Of a stretch of DNA of 64,000 nt, positions 52,193-62,825 are shown one piece after another (within the stretch, counting starts at the first letter, position 1; each line of letters opens with the position of its first letter). Location: contig CAIJDY010000030.1 in NCBI GenBank assembly GCA_903819565.1, positions 7,128-71,127 of the forward strand. The letters are read 5' to 3'. Under the pieces are notes generated by a model. It worked only from the letters and a program-made list of their open reading frames with translations. It had not been told where the DNA came from and did not search any database. Position numbers and translations under genes: made by a program. This DNA comes from Candidatus Omnitrophota bacterium (GTDB taxonomy: Bacteria > Omnitrophota > Omnitrophia > Omnitrophales > Aquincolibacteriaceae).

Positions 52193-53821
52193 CTACCGCC
52201 TTGGCGGCTTGCCACGGCCTCTTGATTTATCGCCTTCACTTGCGCTGGCGAAGTTTGAAGGGGGTGTTAATTGACCCGCGTTTTGCGGTATGCTGCCGAC
52301 GCCGAACAGAAAGTCGGTGTTGGGGATTTCCGGCATAGTGACCAGCGTCGAAAACCGGTAGGCGCCCTGGGGTACCACGTCAAGATTCCGGAGTTTTACA
52401 AGCGCCGTTCGCTGGTCTGCCGTGAGCGTTTTATTGACCTCTGAAAATCGGGAGGCATAGAGCGCCGACATCTGTCCGTCCAGCGCCCCATAACGCTCGA
52501 TAAGGGAATACACCTTTTCTTTGTCGGGGGGTTCTCCGGTGATGGCCTTGCGCAACTCCTTGGAGACAGCGATTCTTAGCTGCTTTATTTCTGCGAGCGC
52601 AGGTCGCTGCTCATCAATGATCCCCGTAATCAACGCTCTCTGATTGCGGTCCAGAATATTGAGGAAATCCTTTCCGCTGTCTCCTGTGATGGCCGTGCTG
52701 ATGAAGTAATTCGGGTTATGCATCGCCGGATAATCCTTCATGAAGAAACCGCCGAAGTAAGTACCGTGACGTTCCGGGCAGAAATACACATCCGCCTCAA
52801 GACCGCCTTTATACCAGGAGAACAGTTCGCTGGCATACGTCATCACGGCCACGAACTCAGGATTGGTCATGCTTCGCTTGAGCGTTTCATCCTCTGCCAC
52901 TTCCGGCCATGAGGCGTAGTTATTGAACTGCATTTTTGCCAGGTAGGCCTTTTGCTCCGAAGTAAAAGAGCTGATGATCTCACCGATCGCCGAGGCGCGG
53001 TGGTAGCTCAGATCTGCGTCATTCTTGTAGAGGCCTGCCGTGTACTTTGAAACCGCCTGAATATCAAGGCCGGCTGATCCGGAAGGGACCTTTCCCTCCA
53101 AACTGCGCCGAAAGGCGTTTGATAGGAGCAGACGGTTATAAGCAAACCGGGTATAGATCGGCGCCTGTTCTTTGGCCAGCGCCACCAGTTTCGCTTTTTG
53201 AGCGTCATTTAATATGTAAAGAACATTGCTGGCAACCCGAGTGAGGAACGTGGTGTTATGTCCGTAACCGGCCGTATCCACATCGCGCATATACTGGAAT
53301 CCGAAGAAATCCGCTACTTTGCCTGGGGGAAAGAAAGTATCGCCGCCGGCGCTCCCGGTAATAAAAGCCAGGCCGCTGAATGCAATCGTGGAAAGCTGCG
53401 CGTTGTCGCTCATGGCCTGCTCGATCGTGTATTGATTTCCCTGCCCTCCGGGATTTGACTTTGGGTCTTGGCTTTGGGGTTGTTGATGATCGTTTTCTGG
53501 TTGTTCCCGGGAATTGTCCGGTTTCTCTCCTTGTTCTGCTTTACCGGGACCGCGGCGATCCGAGGAGCCCCGTTCAGGCCGACAGGCGAAATATTGCTTG
53601 TCCGGTGTGTAGGCACAATCTCCGGTCTTGGTTCCTTCGGGGGTGGAAATTTCACAAGCTGTTCCTTCGGATTTTCCGGCGCAGGCGTCTATAGCAGATT
53701 GCGGGGGAATGCGGGTCGGGCTATTTCTTTGACCTTCCTGCGGGGGCATGGGATCCTGCGCGCAGACGATGCCTGTTAGCAAGAATAAGAACAAGACGAT
53801 TCCTGAAATTTTCTTGGTCAT
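52193..53821 (-). CDS. Secreted protein of unknown function (542 aa) with Q/P/G-rich low-complexity N-terminal region
   Basis: Signal peptide MTKKISGIVLFLFLLTGIVCAQ; Cys-containing segment then ~60 aa Gln/Pro/Glu/Asn-rich linker; large C-terminal domain without recognised motifs. Confidence 0.45.
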   Translation of the reverse strand: MTKKISGIVLFLFLLTGIVCAQDPMPPQEGQRNSPTRIPPQSAIDACAGKSEGTACEISTPEGTKTGDCAYTPDKQYFACRPERGSSDRRGPGKAEQGEKPDNSREQPENDHQQPQSQDPKSNPGGQGNQYTIEQAMSDNAQLSTIAFSGLAFITGSAGGDTFFPPGKVADFFGFQYMRDVDTAGYGHNTTFLTRVASNVLYILNDAQKAKLVALAKEQAPIYTRFAYNRLLLSNAFRRSLEGKVPSGSAGLDIQAVSKYTAGLYKNDADLSYHRASAIGEIISSFTSEQKAYLAKMQFNNYASWPEVAEDETLKRSMTNPEFVAVMTYASELFSWYKGGLEADVYFCPERHGTYFGGFFMKDYPAMHNPNYFISTAITGDSGKDFLNILDRNQRALITGIIDEQRPALAEIKQLRIAVSKELRKAITGEPPDKEKVYSLIERYGALDGQMSALYASRFSEVNKTLTADQRTALVKLRNLDVVPQGAYRFSTLVTMPEIPNTDFLFGVGSIPQNAGQLTPPSNFASASEGDKSRGRGKPPRR

Positions 53822-53863
53822 GGAGGCTTCCTCCCGTGATAGTTTTGGTGGTACGGCTTGCCC

Positions 53864-55024
53864 TTACCGGTCGCTGCGCATGATCCAGTAATCGATGTCC
53901 TTATCCACATTCACGAGATAGAGCTGGCGGTTGTGGTGTGAGGATGCGTCAAAAAGGCGCATGTAAAAATCATCGTAAAATTCGGGCGCCTGCAGGTCGT
54001 ATTGATGGCCGTAGCTGGCCCGGTTGACCGGGGTCACGTCCACGATCGACAGTCTGTCCGGGATCAAATATTTAAGGGAAAGAAACCCGTGGGCCTCTTC
54101 GAACTGTTCCTGCTCGGTGACGGCAGAATGTTGCCGGCCGAATTTTTTCTCCCAGTCGATGATCCGCGCCATGAGGAGCGCTTTGTCGTTGGAAGAAACG
54201 TAAACGGCGAGTTTTTCCGATAACGCCAATATTTCGTCCCGGAACTTGTCATTAAATTCATTCTTCGAGACATCCGGTGCCGCCATCACCGTGAGCGCTA
54301 TTTCCGCTTCGGGGTCGGCAAGGTCCGGCTGCTGGTACATCCACTCAAAGGCACTGCATACCACCTGACAGCCGAGGCTCGAAGACTCGATCCACAACTT
54401 TTCGGGTTTCACCTCACGGATGACTTTAGTCAAAACACCCCCCAGCTGCGCCCCTGAAGCGGCGGCAAGTTTTTCTGCCTTCCGGTATCCCCAGGGAGTC
54501 ACCGATTGGTCTCCGGGCCAGTCGAAGATCAGGACCGGCGTATTGACATCCAGAAGATAGGTGAAATAGGCGAGCTTGGTCGCGGTCAGTTCAAAATCGT
54601 CCTTGAAGCCGTGGACCAATACCAGCAAAGACTTGCGCGGCGAGCTTTGGACCGCCTGCAAAAGTTCCCTGATAAAAGCATCGTCGTTCAATCGCGCGAC
54701 ATCCTGGACCCGGATGATCCCTTTTTTCTTGAGTTCCGCGGCGGTTACTTTGGCGATCTTGACCAACGGATCGATCCTGCAATTGAGTTTCCCCAGCGTC
54801 GGGCTGTCAGCCATTTCGGAATTGAAATAAAGCTGGCCGTCCTGTTCTCTGACCTGGCGGCTGCTGGCGTAAAAGAGCCCGATGATCCTGTGGTTGCCTT
54901 CCATTTTGGACGGGGCGCGGCGATAAAGTGTTTTGTCGTTATAGGCAGTAGTTTCTTTTAAGGGGACAGAGGTGCAGCCGGGCAGGAGCAGGATCACGAT
55001 CAGGAGATAGGATATTTTTTTCAT
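53864..55024 (-). CDS. Alpha/beta-hydrolase-fold lipoprotein (DUF900-like)
   Basis: Start at MKKISYLLIVILLLPGC (lipobox); …LLVLVHGFKDDFE… and …SSSLGCQVV… (nucleophile-elbow-like) blocks. Confidence 0.45.
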   Translation of the reverse strand: MKKISYLLIVILLLPGCTSVPLKETTAYNDKTLYRRAPSKMEGNHRIIGLFYASSRQVREQDGQLYFNSEMADSPTLGKLNCRIDPLVKIAKVTAAELKKKGIIRVQDVARLNDDAFIRELLQAVQSSPRKSLLVLVHGFKDDFELTATKLAYFTYLLDVNTPVLIFDWPGDQSVTPWGYRKAEKLAAASGAQLGGVLTKVIREVKPEKLWIESSSLGCQVVCSAFEWMYQQPDLADPEAEIALTVMAAPDVSKNEFNDKFRDEILALSEKLAVYVSSNDKALLMARIIDWEKKFGRQHSAVTEQEQFEEAHGFLSLKYLIPDRLSIVDVTPVNRASYGHQYDLQAPEFYDDFYMRLFDASSHHNRQLYLVNVDKDIDYWIMRSDR

Positions 55025-55103
55025 AGTCGAAACAAGCGGACTGATTATATTGGCACTATTCCGGGATATCAAAGGATATCTTCGCGAATGCGAGGGAAAC
55101 AGG

Positions 55104-55823
55104 TTAGGAAGGCTTTGTCTGTTGTTTGAATTTTTTGATGATTAAAAAAGAATGGATCCACACGAAAAAGATGCCCCAGGGACTAAAAAGGGTTGAGCGT
55201 AAAATGTTGTTGGGAGATGGATCCATTACCACTGCCGCCTTCATAAGGTAAGCCCGGATCCTCCAAAGGGTCATGATGAAGGTGATGAGCAAGGCAATAT
55301 TCAGCAGAATGGCCGATCCCTTTTCCGCGATGCCCATGGATTCCTCCGTCAGGATCTTGGCGATCAACAAGACCGGGCAGGATAAATTGATGGTATTGAA
55401 AATTTTAATTTTACGGATGTACTTCGCCAGATCGTCTGCTTGGGCGTGATCGATGGATTCCAGGCGGGGCTTCACCGTGGCGTCGCGGCTGAACAGACCG
55501 CATAACAAATAGGACGCTCCGATCACCAGGCACATGAGAAAGAGGATCGGGAAAACAAAAAAGAACAGCCCCAAAAGAAAGGGGGTCCGCTCAAGTAAGG
55601 GCATGAAGGAACAGGCGGTGACGGCGACGAATGAGAAAAGCCATGCCGCGAAGACGCAATAAGCCGTTCCGGCCTGCCGCAATTCCGCTTTCGGGTATTT
55701 CCGGTCCTTCAGGATCCGGGGGATAAAATAAGGCGTGATCCTGTTGCCTGAAAATGTTTTATGAGCGATGAAAACGACCAGCGGAAGAGCCAGAATGAAA
55801 GTTTCGGACAATATGTTTTTCAT
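55104..55823 (-). CDS. Membrane protein, unknown function (239 aa, ~6 TM)
   Basis: Hydrophobic profile only. Confidence 0.4.
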   Translation of the reverse strand: MKNILSETFILALPLVVFIAHKTFSGNRITPYFIPRILKDRKYPKAELRQAGTAYCVFAAWLFSFVAVTACSFMPLLERTPFLLGLFFFVFPILFLMCLVIGASYLLCGLFSRDATVKPRLESIDHAQADDLAKYIRKIKIFNTINLSCPVLLIAKILTEESMGIAEKGSAILLNIALLITFIMTLWRIRAYLMKAAVVMDPSPNNILRSTLFSPWGIFFVWIHSFLIIKKFKQQTKPS

Positions 55824-55911
55824 GCGGTCCTTCTCGCGATATTTTTTCGAGCGAACAGCAAGGCCGTTGTGCTGTCCTCAGCGGTATCGGCCCCCTCTTT
55901 GATTTTCTTTG

Positions 55912-56484
55912 TTATTTAGAACGGGATTGGTCCCGTTTGTATTTTTTATATAACGTCGTGAAAACGATCCCGCTCACGATGACCGCGATGCTGATGCCCA
56001 AATTGACCCGGTCAGGGCATAACGCCGGGTATAAATTCCTAAAAAAGGCCACCAGCGTTAAAAACGTCAGTAGAAATCCCCAAACAATCGCCATGAACCG
56101 GCAGCTGCGGAATAGCAGGGGATCGTCCCACCGTTCTTTCGGGAGCTCGGCTCTCGCGTATTGCAATGTGAAAGGTTTTCTGATCAAGACCGTTCCCCAG
56201 ATCAGGCACGCGAGAAATCCGTTGGAGATGATCCCCATGCTCTTCGCGACCGCGACCGATTTCATCAGGTCCACGGTGACCGCGCAGGCGGCGAAGAAAA
56301 GAAGGGTCCCCCATTGCAGAAGGAAGCCTTTTCGCAGTTCCCGAAAGCCCAATATCAGGCTCGCCAAAAGCCCCAGGATGATCGATCTTTCAAGGCTGGC
56401 GAATGTCTGGCCAGAAAAAAAGAGGAACAGCAGCCACGGCATAAATCCCAGGAGGAAATTTACCAACTCTTTAAGTTCTTTCAT
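55912..56484 (-). CDS. Membrane protein, unknown function (190 aa, ~5 TM)
   Basis: Hydrophobic profile only. Confidence 0.4.
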   Translation of the reverse strand: MKELKELVNFLLGFMPWLLFLFFSGQTFASLERSIILGLLASLILGFRELRKGFLLQWGTLLFFAACAVTVDLMKSVAVAKSMGIISNGFLACLIWGTVLIRKPFTLQYARAELPKERWDDPLLFRSCRFMAIVWGFLLTFLTLVAFFRNLYPALCPDRVNLGISIAVIVSGIVFTTLYKKYKRDQSRSK

Positions 56485-56653
56485 TACGAGTCCTTTTTGG
56501 AGACGATATCTTCAGGGATATCTGTTCGCGTGCGTTGATTCCGAGAAAGGAAAAAGCCGTTTTTCCTATCCACAGTGTTATCGGCAGCCGCGACGCCTTT
56601 TGTAGCCCTTGTAAGGCGCAACGTTTGTACCGAAAGCCGGGGTGATGAGAGGA

Positions 56654-57721
56654 TTATCGTTTGTCGTTACTCAATAGCCATTGCTCGACATATTTTGCAA
56701 TTTGGCGGTAGCCGTAACGGTTAGGGTGGCCGTCATTTTCATAGAACATGCTTTTATCCCAAGGGTATTCGTAGAGTGCGGGAATATAAGAGATCCCCAG
56801 AGACTCTATGTGCTTCTGAAAATCCACTTCATAGGCTTTCATTTCCGCCTCATTTTTCTGAGGAAGGTGGAAAAAATAAATTCTTGCTTTAGGGAAAAGC
56901 GCTCTTATGGTTTCTAAGGGGTAAAAGCCTATGGGGGGATTCGTCCTCTTCTTGTGCTGGAGCCATAGCCGCGCCTGATGAATCCAATAGAACAACACAG
57001 ATTCCTTCGGGAAGCGTTTGACGCCTCCAGTTGCTTCGCCCTGCAGAGAAGCTGACTCCGACTTTTTCACACGACGAATGATCTCTGCCTGCGACGTATC
57101 CGGCTCTATGATCGCGGCAACTGCGCGGCTACATAACGCGCCGGCATAGAAATACATTTTTCCGTCTCGGGTTAACGGCTTCCAGTAGCGGCGACAAAAG
57201 TCGTCAGTGATTGCGCAAATGACGATGTCCGTAAAGTGAAGTTTATGGGAAGCGCTCTCCAGCATCTTTTTGAAATGGAAAAATCCGCCTCCCGGAAGCG
57301 AAAAGTTGTAGAGCGCTATGTCTTTTCGGGTGGCAGCCAGTTTGTCGCGCAATTCTGAAATCCATTCATATCCCCCAGCTCCGGCAGCGAAAGAATCGCC
57401 AACGAAGGCGTAGCTTCTGACTGCGGTATCGTTATTTTTATAATCCAGATTGTCGGGGGATCCAAAATTATTCGTTTTGTAAAACATGTCATATTCGATT
57501 TTGTCGTTATATACGGCAACTTCTCTGACGGAATCATTTTTCGCAAGGGTTACAGCACCGTAAGAATCCACTTCAAATGTGGGATGACTCCATATCAGGA
57601 ATCTTGGGGGAGTTTGGTTGTCCGGGAATATTTGTAAAAAAAGATTCGCAGGGAAAAAAAACAAAAATAAGCAAAAAATAAGCAATGTGATGTTTAGAAT
57701 AGTTTTGCGGTCCAATCCCAT
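56654..57721 (-). CDS. SGNH/GDSL-family hydrolase with N-terminal membrane anchor
   Basis: …FVGDSFAAGAG… (GDS block I) and …NDGHPN… (block V D-x-x-H). Confidence 0.6.
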   Translation of the reverse strand: MGLDRKTILNITLLIFCLFLFFFPANLFLQIFPDNQTPPRFLIWSHPTFEVDSYGAVTLAKNDSVREVAVYNDKIEYDMFYKTNNFGSPDNLDYKNNDTAVRSYAFVGDSFAAGAGGYEWISELRDKLAATRKDIALYNFSLPGGGFFHFKKMLESASHKLHFTDIVICAITDDFCRRYWKPLTRDGKMYFYAGALCSRAVAAIIEPDTSQAEIIRRVKKSESASLQGEATGGVKRFPKESVLFYWIHQARLWLQHKKRTNPPIGFYPLETIRALFPKARIYFFHLPQKNEAEMKAYEVDFQKHIESLGISYIPALYEYPWDKSMFYENDGHPNRYGYRQIAKYVEQWLLSNDKR

Positions 57722-58026
57722 ACTTCATCCTTCTAGGGCTTTTCCAGCGCCTGATGACGGAAGGCAGCGTTTCTCAGGCGCTCCAAGCGAACAAAAAGTT
57801 TGCCTCCGCTAGTTATCGGTAACAATGGAACCTGGATTGAATTATAAAAATGACGCTGCCGGCGGTTTTCCGCGCGGAAGGAGTCGGCCCTGTCTATGGG
57901 ACAGTCCATTGAGGCACTGACTTTCCCCGAAATGGTGCTATCGCCCGGGACCTCGGGAGAGGCGGAAATCCTTGAGCCCTATGCGGGGACTGCCGGTTGC
58001 CGCAGGTGAATCCGGATAACCTGTCG

Positions 58027-59082
58027 TCATGCTTTCAGCGATTCCATATTGATCGCGAAGCGGTACTTCACATCAGACTTGAGCAGTCTTTCATAGGCTT
58101 CGTTGACTTTTTGAATGGGAATGATCTCGACATCCGCGGTGATGTTATGGGCGCCGCAAAAGTCGAGCATTTCCTGGGTTTCGGCAATGCCCCCGATGAG
58201 AGAGCCGGAGAGACTGCGGCGTCCCATAATGAGACTGAAAGCCGAAAACTCAAGATGCTTCGCGGGTGCGCCGACCAGGGTGATGTTGCCGTCGGGGCGA
58301 AGCAGGTCGAGATAGGCGTTAATATCGTGATGGGCCGAAACAGCGTCGAGAATGAAGTCGAAGCTGTCATGATGCTTCCTCATTTCGGCGGCGTTACGGG
58401 AAACAACAACTTCTTGGGCGCCAAGCCGGAGGGCATCTTCCTTCTTGCCGGGGGAGGTCGTGAAAACCACGACGTGGGCTCCGAGGGCGTGAGCGAACTT
58501 CACGCCCATGTGACCTAAACCGCCAAGACCGACCACGCCGACCTTCTTTCCCTTGGTGACATTCCAATGCCGCATGGGGGAGTAGGTGGTGATCCCGGCG
58601 CAGAGAAGCGGCGCGGTTCCGGCAAGATCGAGATTCGATGGGACACGCAAAACAAAGCGTTCATCAACCACGATATTCTCGGAATAGCCGCCATAAGTGA
58701 CTCCTCCGAGATGTTTGTCGGGAGAGTTGAAAGTGAGCGTCATGTTCGAGCAGAACTGCTCGTGGCCAGCCTTGCAATGAGGGCAGCTACCATCCGAGTC
58801 AACAAGACAGCCTACCGCGGCAAGGTCTCCCGGTTTGAACTTCTTAACGGAGGGTCCCACTTTTGTGACGCGCCCGACGATCTCATGACCTGGAACGATC
58901 GGATAAGTGGTGGGCACGGTGCGGTTCCACTCGTCGCGGACCGAATGGACATCGGAGTGGCAAATTCCACAGAACAGGATCTCGATCTGGACATCGTAAT
59001 CCGTCAGATCACGGCGTTTAATTTGAGCAGCGGTCAGTGGCGATTTCGCGCTGGCAGCGGAGTAAGCTCTGGCGTTGGACAT
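58027..59082 (-). CDS. Zinc-dependent NAD(P)-dependent alcohol dehydrogenase (cinnamyl-ADH/YahK-like)
   Basis: …GICHSDVH… catalytic Zn motif, structural-Zn Cys cluster (…CPHCKAGHEQFC…), GVVGLGGLGHMGV Rossmann. Confidence 0.9.
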   Translation of the reverse strand: MSNARAYSAASAKSPLTAAQIKRRDLTDYDVQIEILFCGICHSDVHSVRDEWNRTVPTTYPIVPGHEIVGRVTKVGPSVKKFKPGDLAAVGCLVDSDGSCPHCKAGHEQFCSNMTLTFNSPDKHLGGVTYGGYSENIVVDERFVLRVPSNLDLAGTAPLLCAGITTYSPMRHWNVTKGKKVGVVGLGGLGHMGVKFAHALGAHVVVFTTSPGKKEDALRLGAQEVVVSRNAAEMRKHHDSFDFILDAVSAHHDINAYLDLLRPDGNITLVGAPAKHLEFSAFSLIMGRRSLSGSLIGGIAETQEMLDFCGAHNITADVEIIPIQKVNEAYERLLKSDVKYRFAINMESLKA

Positions 59083-59113
59083 GGATCTATCCTCCTCTGT
59101 AAGGTTTTAAAGG

Positions 59114-60145
<1,032 letters not shown>

Positions 60146-60158
60146 TTATAAAAGACGT

Positions 60159-60190
60159 TGCAGGATTATACACCCGCGGCGTCTTTTCGG
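60159..60190 (-). promoter_or_regulatory. Putative sigma70 extended -10 promoter for the AKR-ADH pair
   Basis: Minus strand reads …GCGGGTGTATAATCCTGCAA…: perfect TGnTATAAT ~37 nt upstream of the AKR ATG, followed by GGAGGA RBS; core repeated at 52153-52182. Confidence 0.4.
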
Positions 60191-60587
60191 AAAAAGCCCT
60201 TCCCCGTTTCTCGGCAAGCGGCCGCTGCAGGTCTTTGAGCCGATGATCTCCTGAAAGATTGAGTGCGGTTAACGTTCCCACTCAAGCGGTTACTCAGGTT
60301 CGGGCCAAGAAGAATATCCCTCCGACGGGAGACGCCCCATTTAGGCCGGCTAAACATTGGGTGTGGCTTGGTAAGCCAAGAAAAGGCTGCAAAATGCAGT
60401 CCATGATTAAATGTGTCCGAGAGCTTGAAGAAGAGGGCCTCAAAAAGCGCATGCCCCAGGAAGAACATGCGCGAAGACTCGATATCGCTTTCTCAACCAT
60501 CAATCGCCGGATCAACGGCAAAACAAAACCCAGCGTTACCCGATCGAAAAATTTCAATACAAAATAAGATATCAAAAAGGTTAGACC

Positions 60588-61329
60588 ATGCATGAGCCTT
60601 CGGGAGGGTGTATGAACGACAAATCTTTTGTATTTAAATTTTTTATTGGGGGCAGGGAGATGGTTTTTGAGGATCTGTTTCGCGCCCTCCGCCAATACTG
60701 CGGCGGCCACGTATTGGATGTGGGAGAATGGGATTTTTACCTAACCGCAAAAAGAAAAAAACAAAGTCCGCTTCCTGGACAACTTAAGACTGCTCTGAAG
60801 CAAAAAAGCCGGCCATCAACGATGAAGAATTTGCCTTTGCGGCGGAAGACGGCTGTTATACGGAATTTAAAGACAATAGTTTTGATACCGTGCTTAATAT
60901 CCAGGTGCTTGAACATGTCGTAGAGCCTATAAAAATGCTCCAGGAGACCGGACGGGTACTTCGAGGGGGAGGCTATGGTGTGTTTTTAATTCCTAAAATA
61001 GCGTTCTGCATCTTGCGCCGTGTCACCGCTATAATTTTACAAGATATTGGATTGAAAAAGCCATGGAAACGGCGGGTCTCGAAATTATTGAGCTGAAACC
61101 GTTGGGCGGGCTTTGGTCTTCCTTTGCAGCACGGTTTTTTTATTTCTTTCTTCAGAGCGTCAGGTGTAAAGGGATGTCAACGAAAGAGGTTCGCCGGAGC
61201 CTTTTCTTTTACATTTTGTATCCCCTGATGGTCTTTTATTCGATTTTAAGCATAGCCATCTGTCTGTTCTTAAGCCTCGGCGACCTGCAAGAAGAGCCCA
61301 ACAGCCATTTGGTGGTTGTAAGAAAATAA
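60588..61329 (+). pseudogene. Decayed class I SAM-methyltransferase (paralog of the 28283-28948 gene) broken over three reading frames
   Basis: Frame 1 …GGHVLDVGEWDFYLT… (degenerate motif I); frame 2 …DEEFAFAAEDGCYTEFKDNSFDTVLNIQVLEHVVEPIKMLQETGRVLRGGGYGVFLIP… (intact Methyltransf_11 core); frame 3 …METAGLEIIELKPLGG… (C-terminal part); frameshifts near A-rich homopolymers. Confidence 0.5.
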
Positions 61330-61804
61330 GTCTTTGTTACTTAGAGTTGCGGAAAATTTAGGTCTTCATGGGAAACCGTTATTCTTGCCAGCGTTTCGAC
61401 CGAAGAACAAATTCCCGAGGGGGGAAATCCATCCCGGCCCAGACTGAAGTAGGCGCAGTCCTACGTCTTGCGCAAAGGGTTTGCAATCAAGAGAGCGAAC
61501 AACCCGTTCGATGAATCCTTCATTCAAGACCAAAGATAGAGGAATCAAAGGCTTCTGAAGAGCCGATTGTCTTGATTGTCGAGACTATCGACCGCCTTCA
61601 ACGAAGTTTCAAGGGATCCGTCCTCTTTGAGGAAACAGAGAGGCGGATGCAACTGGTTATTGGAATCAAGTGAGGCTGAAACAATGAAAGTGTTATTGAA
61701 AACTGCTCTTCCTGCACATCTTGCACTCCAGATAAAGTCCTATGAAGGTATCCAGGATCGGGATTGATTTCTAGGGCTTTATTAAAATCAATGATGGCTT
61801 GGCT

Positions 61805-62791
61805 TTACTCTTTTTCAAAAGGGTAGACGATCTTCCAATCGTCCTTCATGCTCACCACTGTCCAGCCTTTGACCAAGGCTTCGTCGAGACCTTTGTCGAG
61901 TCGGCCCACGACCGACTCGCGGTCATAAGCCCACTCCCGTTTGGCATCGGTATGGTGAACATAAAGACAAAAACGGGGGCCGCTGCCAGCGGAAGTCCAT
62001 TGCATCATTTGCAGGTCGCCGTCGGAATTGCCGAACGAGGCGATCGGACGACGGCCGATCCGGGACTGGATGCCGATGGGTTTCCCGTCACTGTTGTCAA
62101 TGAAGTCCAACTCCGGCACGTAGATCAGCACGGGCTTGCCGCCGCGAAATTCAAACTTCGTCTTGATGCTGCTTCCGACGACCTGTTCAGGCGGGATGCC
62201 ATAGACTTTTTCCGACCACGGACGCATGAAGTCGACACCGCCGCCTGAAACAATAAAGGTCTTGAATGCGTTCGCGCGCAAATAGGCAAGCAGTTCCAGC
62301 ATGGGCTGGTAGGCCATCTCCGTATAAAGTCGCCGGGTCCGGGGATGTCTCGCGGTCGTGATCCAATCCGTCACGACTTTTCCGAATTCATCGGGGGTCA
62401 TTCCCGACTGCGTGGCCATAAACATCCCCAGGACTGTCTTATCGCCGCCGGACAGAGCGTCCTTCAGATCGTCTTTCAGGACGGAGGCAAAAGGCTCCTC
62501 GCTTTTCCACTCCGGATGCTGCGGCGCGAGGGCTCGGATGCGGTCAAAGATAAAGGTATACTGGAAATAGATCGGCTGCTCCGCCCAAAGCGTGCCGTCG
62601 TTGTCAAAAGTGGCGATACGTTCGGACTGCGGCACAAAATCCGGCGAGCCTTCCTTGGTCACTTCTTCGACAAAAGCGATGATGGCCTTCTTCGGGGCAG
62701 TGTCGTTCCAGGAGGGCAAAGCATCGGCAGCGAGGGCTGTGTTTGCCGCTAAAAGGAAAACAAAAATACACCTCAAAGCCAACTTTTTCAT
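61805..62791 (-). CDS. Secreted HAD-superfamily hydrolase (phosphatase-like)
   Basis: Signal peptide MKKLALRCIFVFLLAANTALA; motif I FDNDGTLW (DxDGT); 328 aa. Confidence 0.6.
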   Translation of the reverse strand: MKKLALRCIFVFLLAANTALAADALPSWNDTAPKKAIIAFVEEVTKEGSPDFVPQSERIATFDNDGTLWAEQPIYFQYTFIFDRIRALAPQHPEWKSEEPFASVLKDDLKDALSGGDKTVLGMFMATQSGMTPDEFGKVVTDWITTARHPRTRRLYTEMAYQPMLELLAYLRANAFKTFIVSGGGVDFMRPWSEKVYGIPPEQVVGSSIKTKFEFRGGKPVLIYVPELDFIDNSDGKPIGIQSRIGRRPIASFGNSDGDLQMMQWTSAGSGPRFCLYVHHTDAKREWAYDRESVVGRLDKGLDEALVKGWTVVSMKDDWKIVYPFEKE

Positions 62792-62825
62792 AACGAGATT
62801 CCTCTTTTGCAGAGCGCCTGTGATT

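Noticed and set aside
51835-52338. 167-aa plus-strand ORF and 110-aa minus ORF (51907-52239) between marR and the secreted-protein gene
   Set aside because: Both have T-biased third positions and Arg/His/Cys-rich translations. A different, ATG-less minus frame with gene-like GC3 is the only coding-like signal here (reported as a finding).
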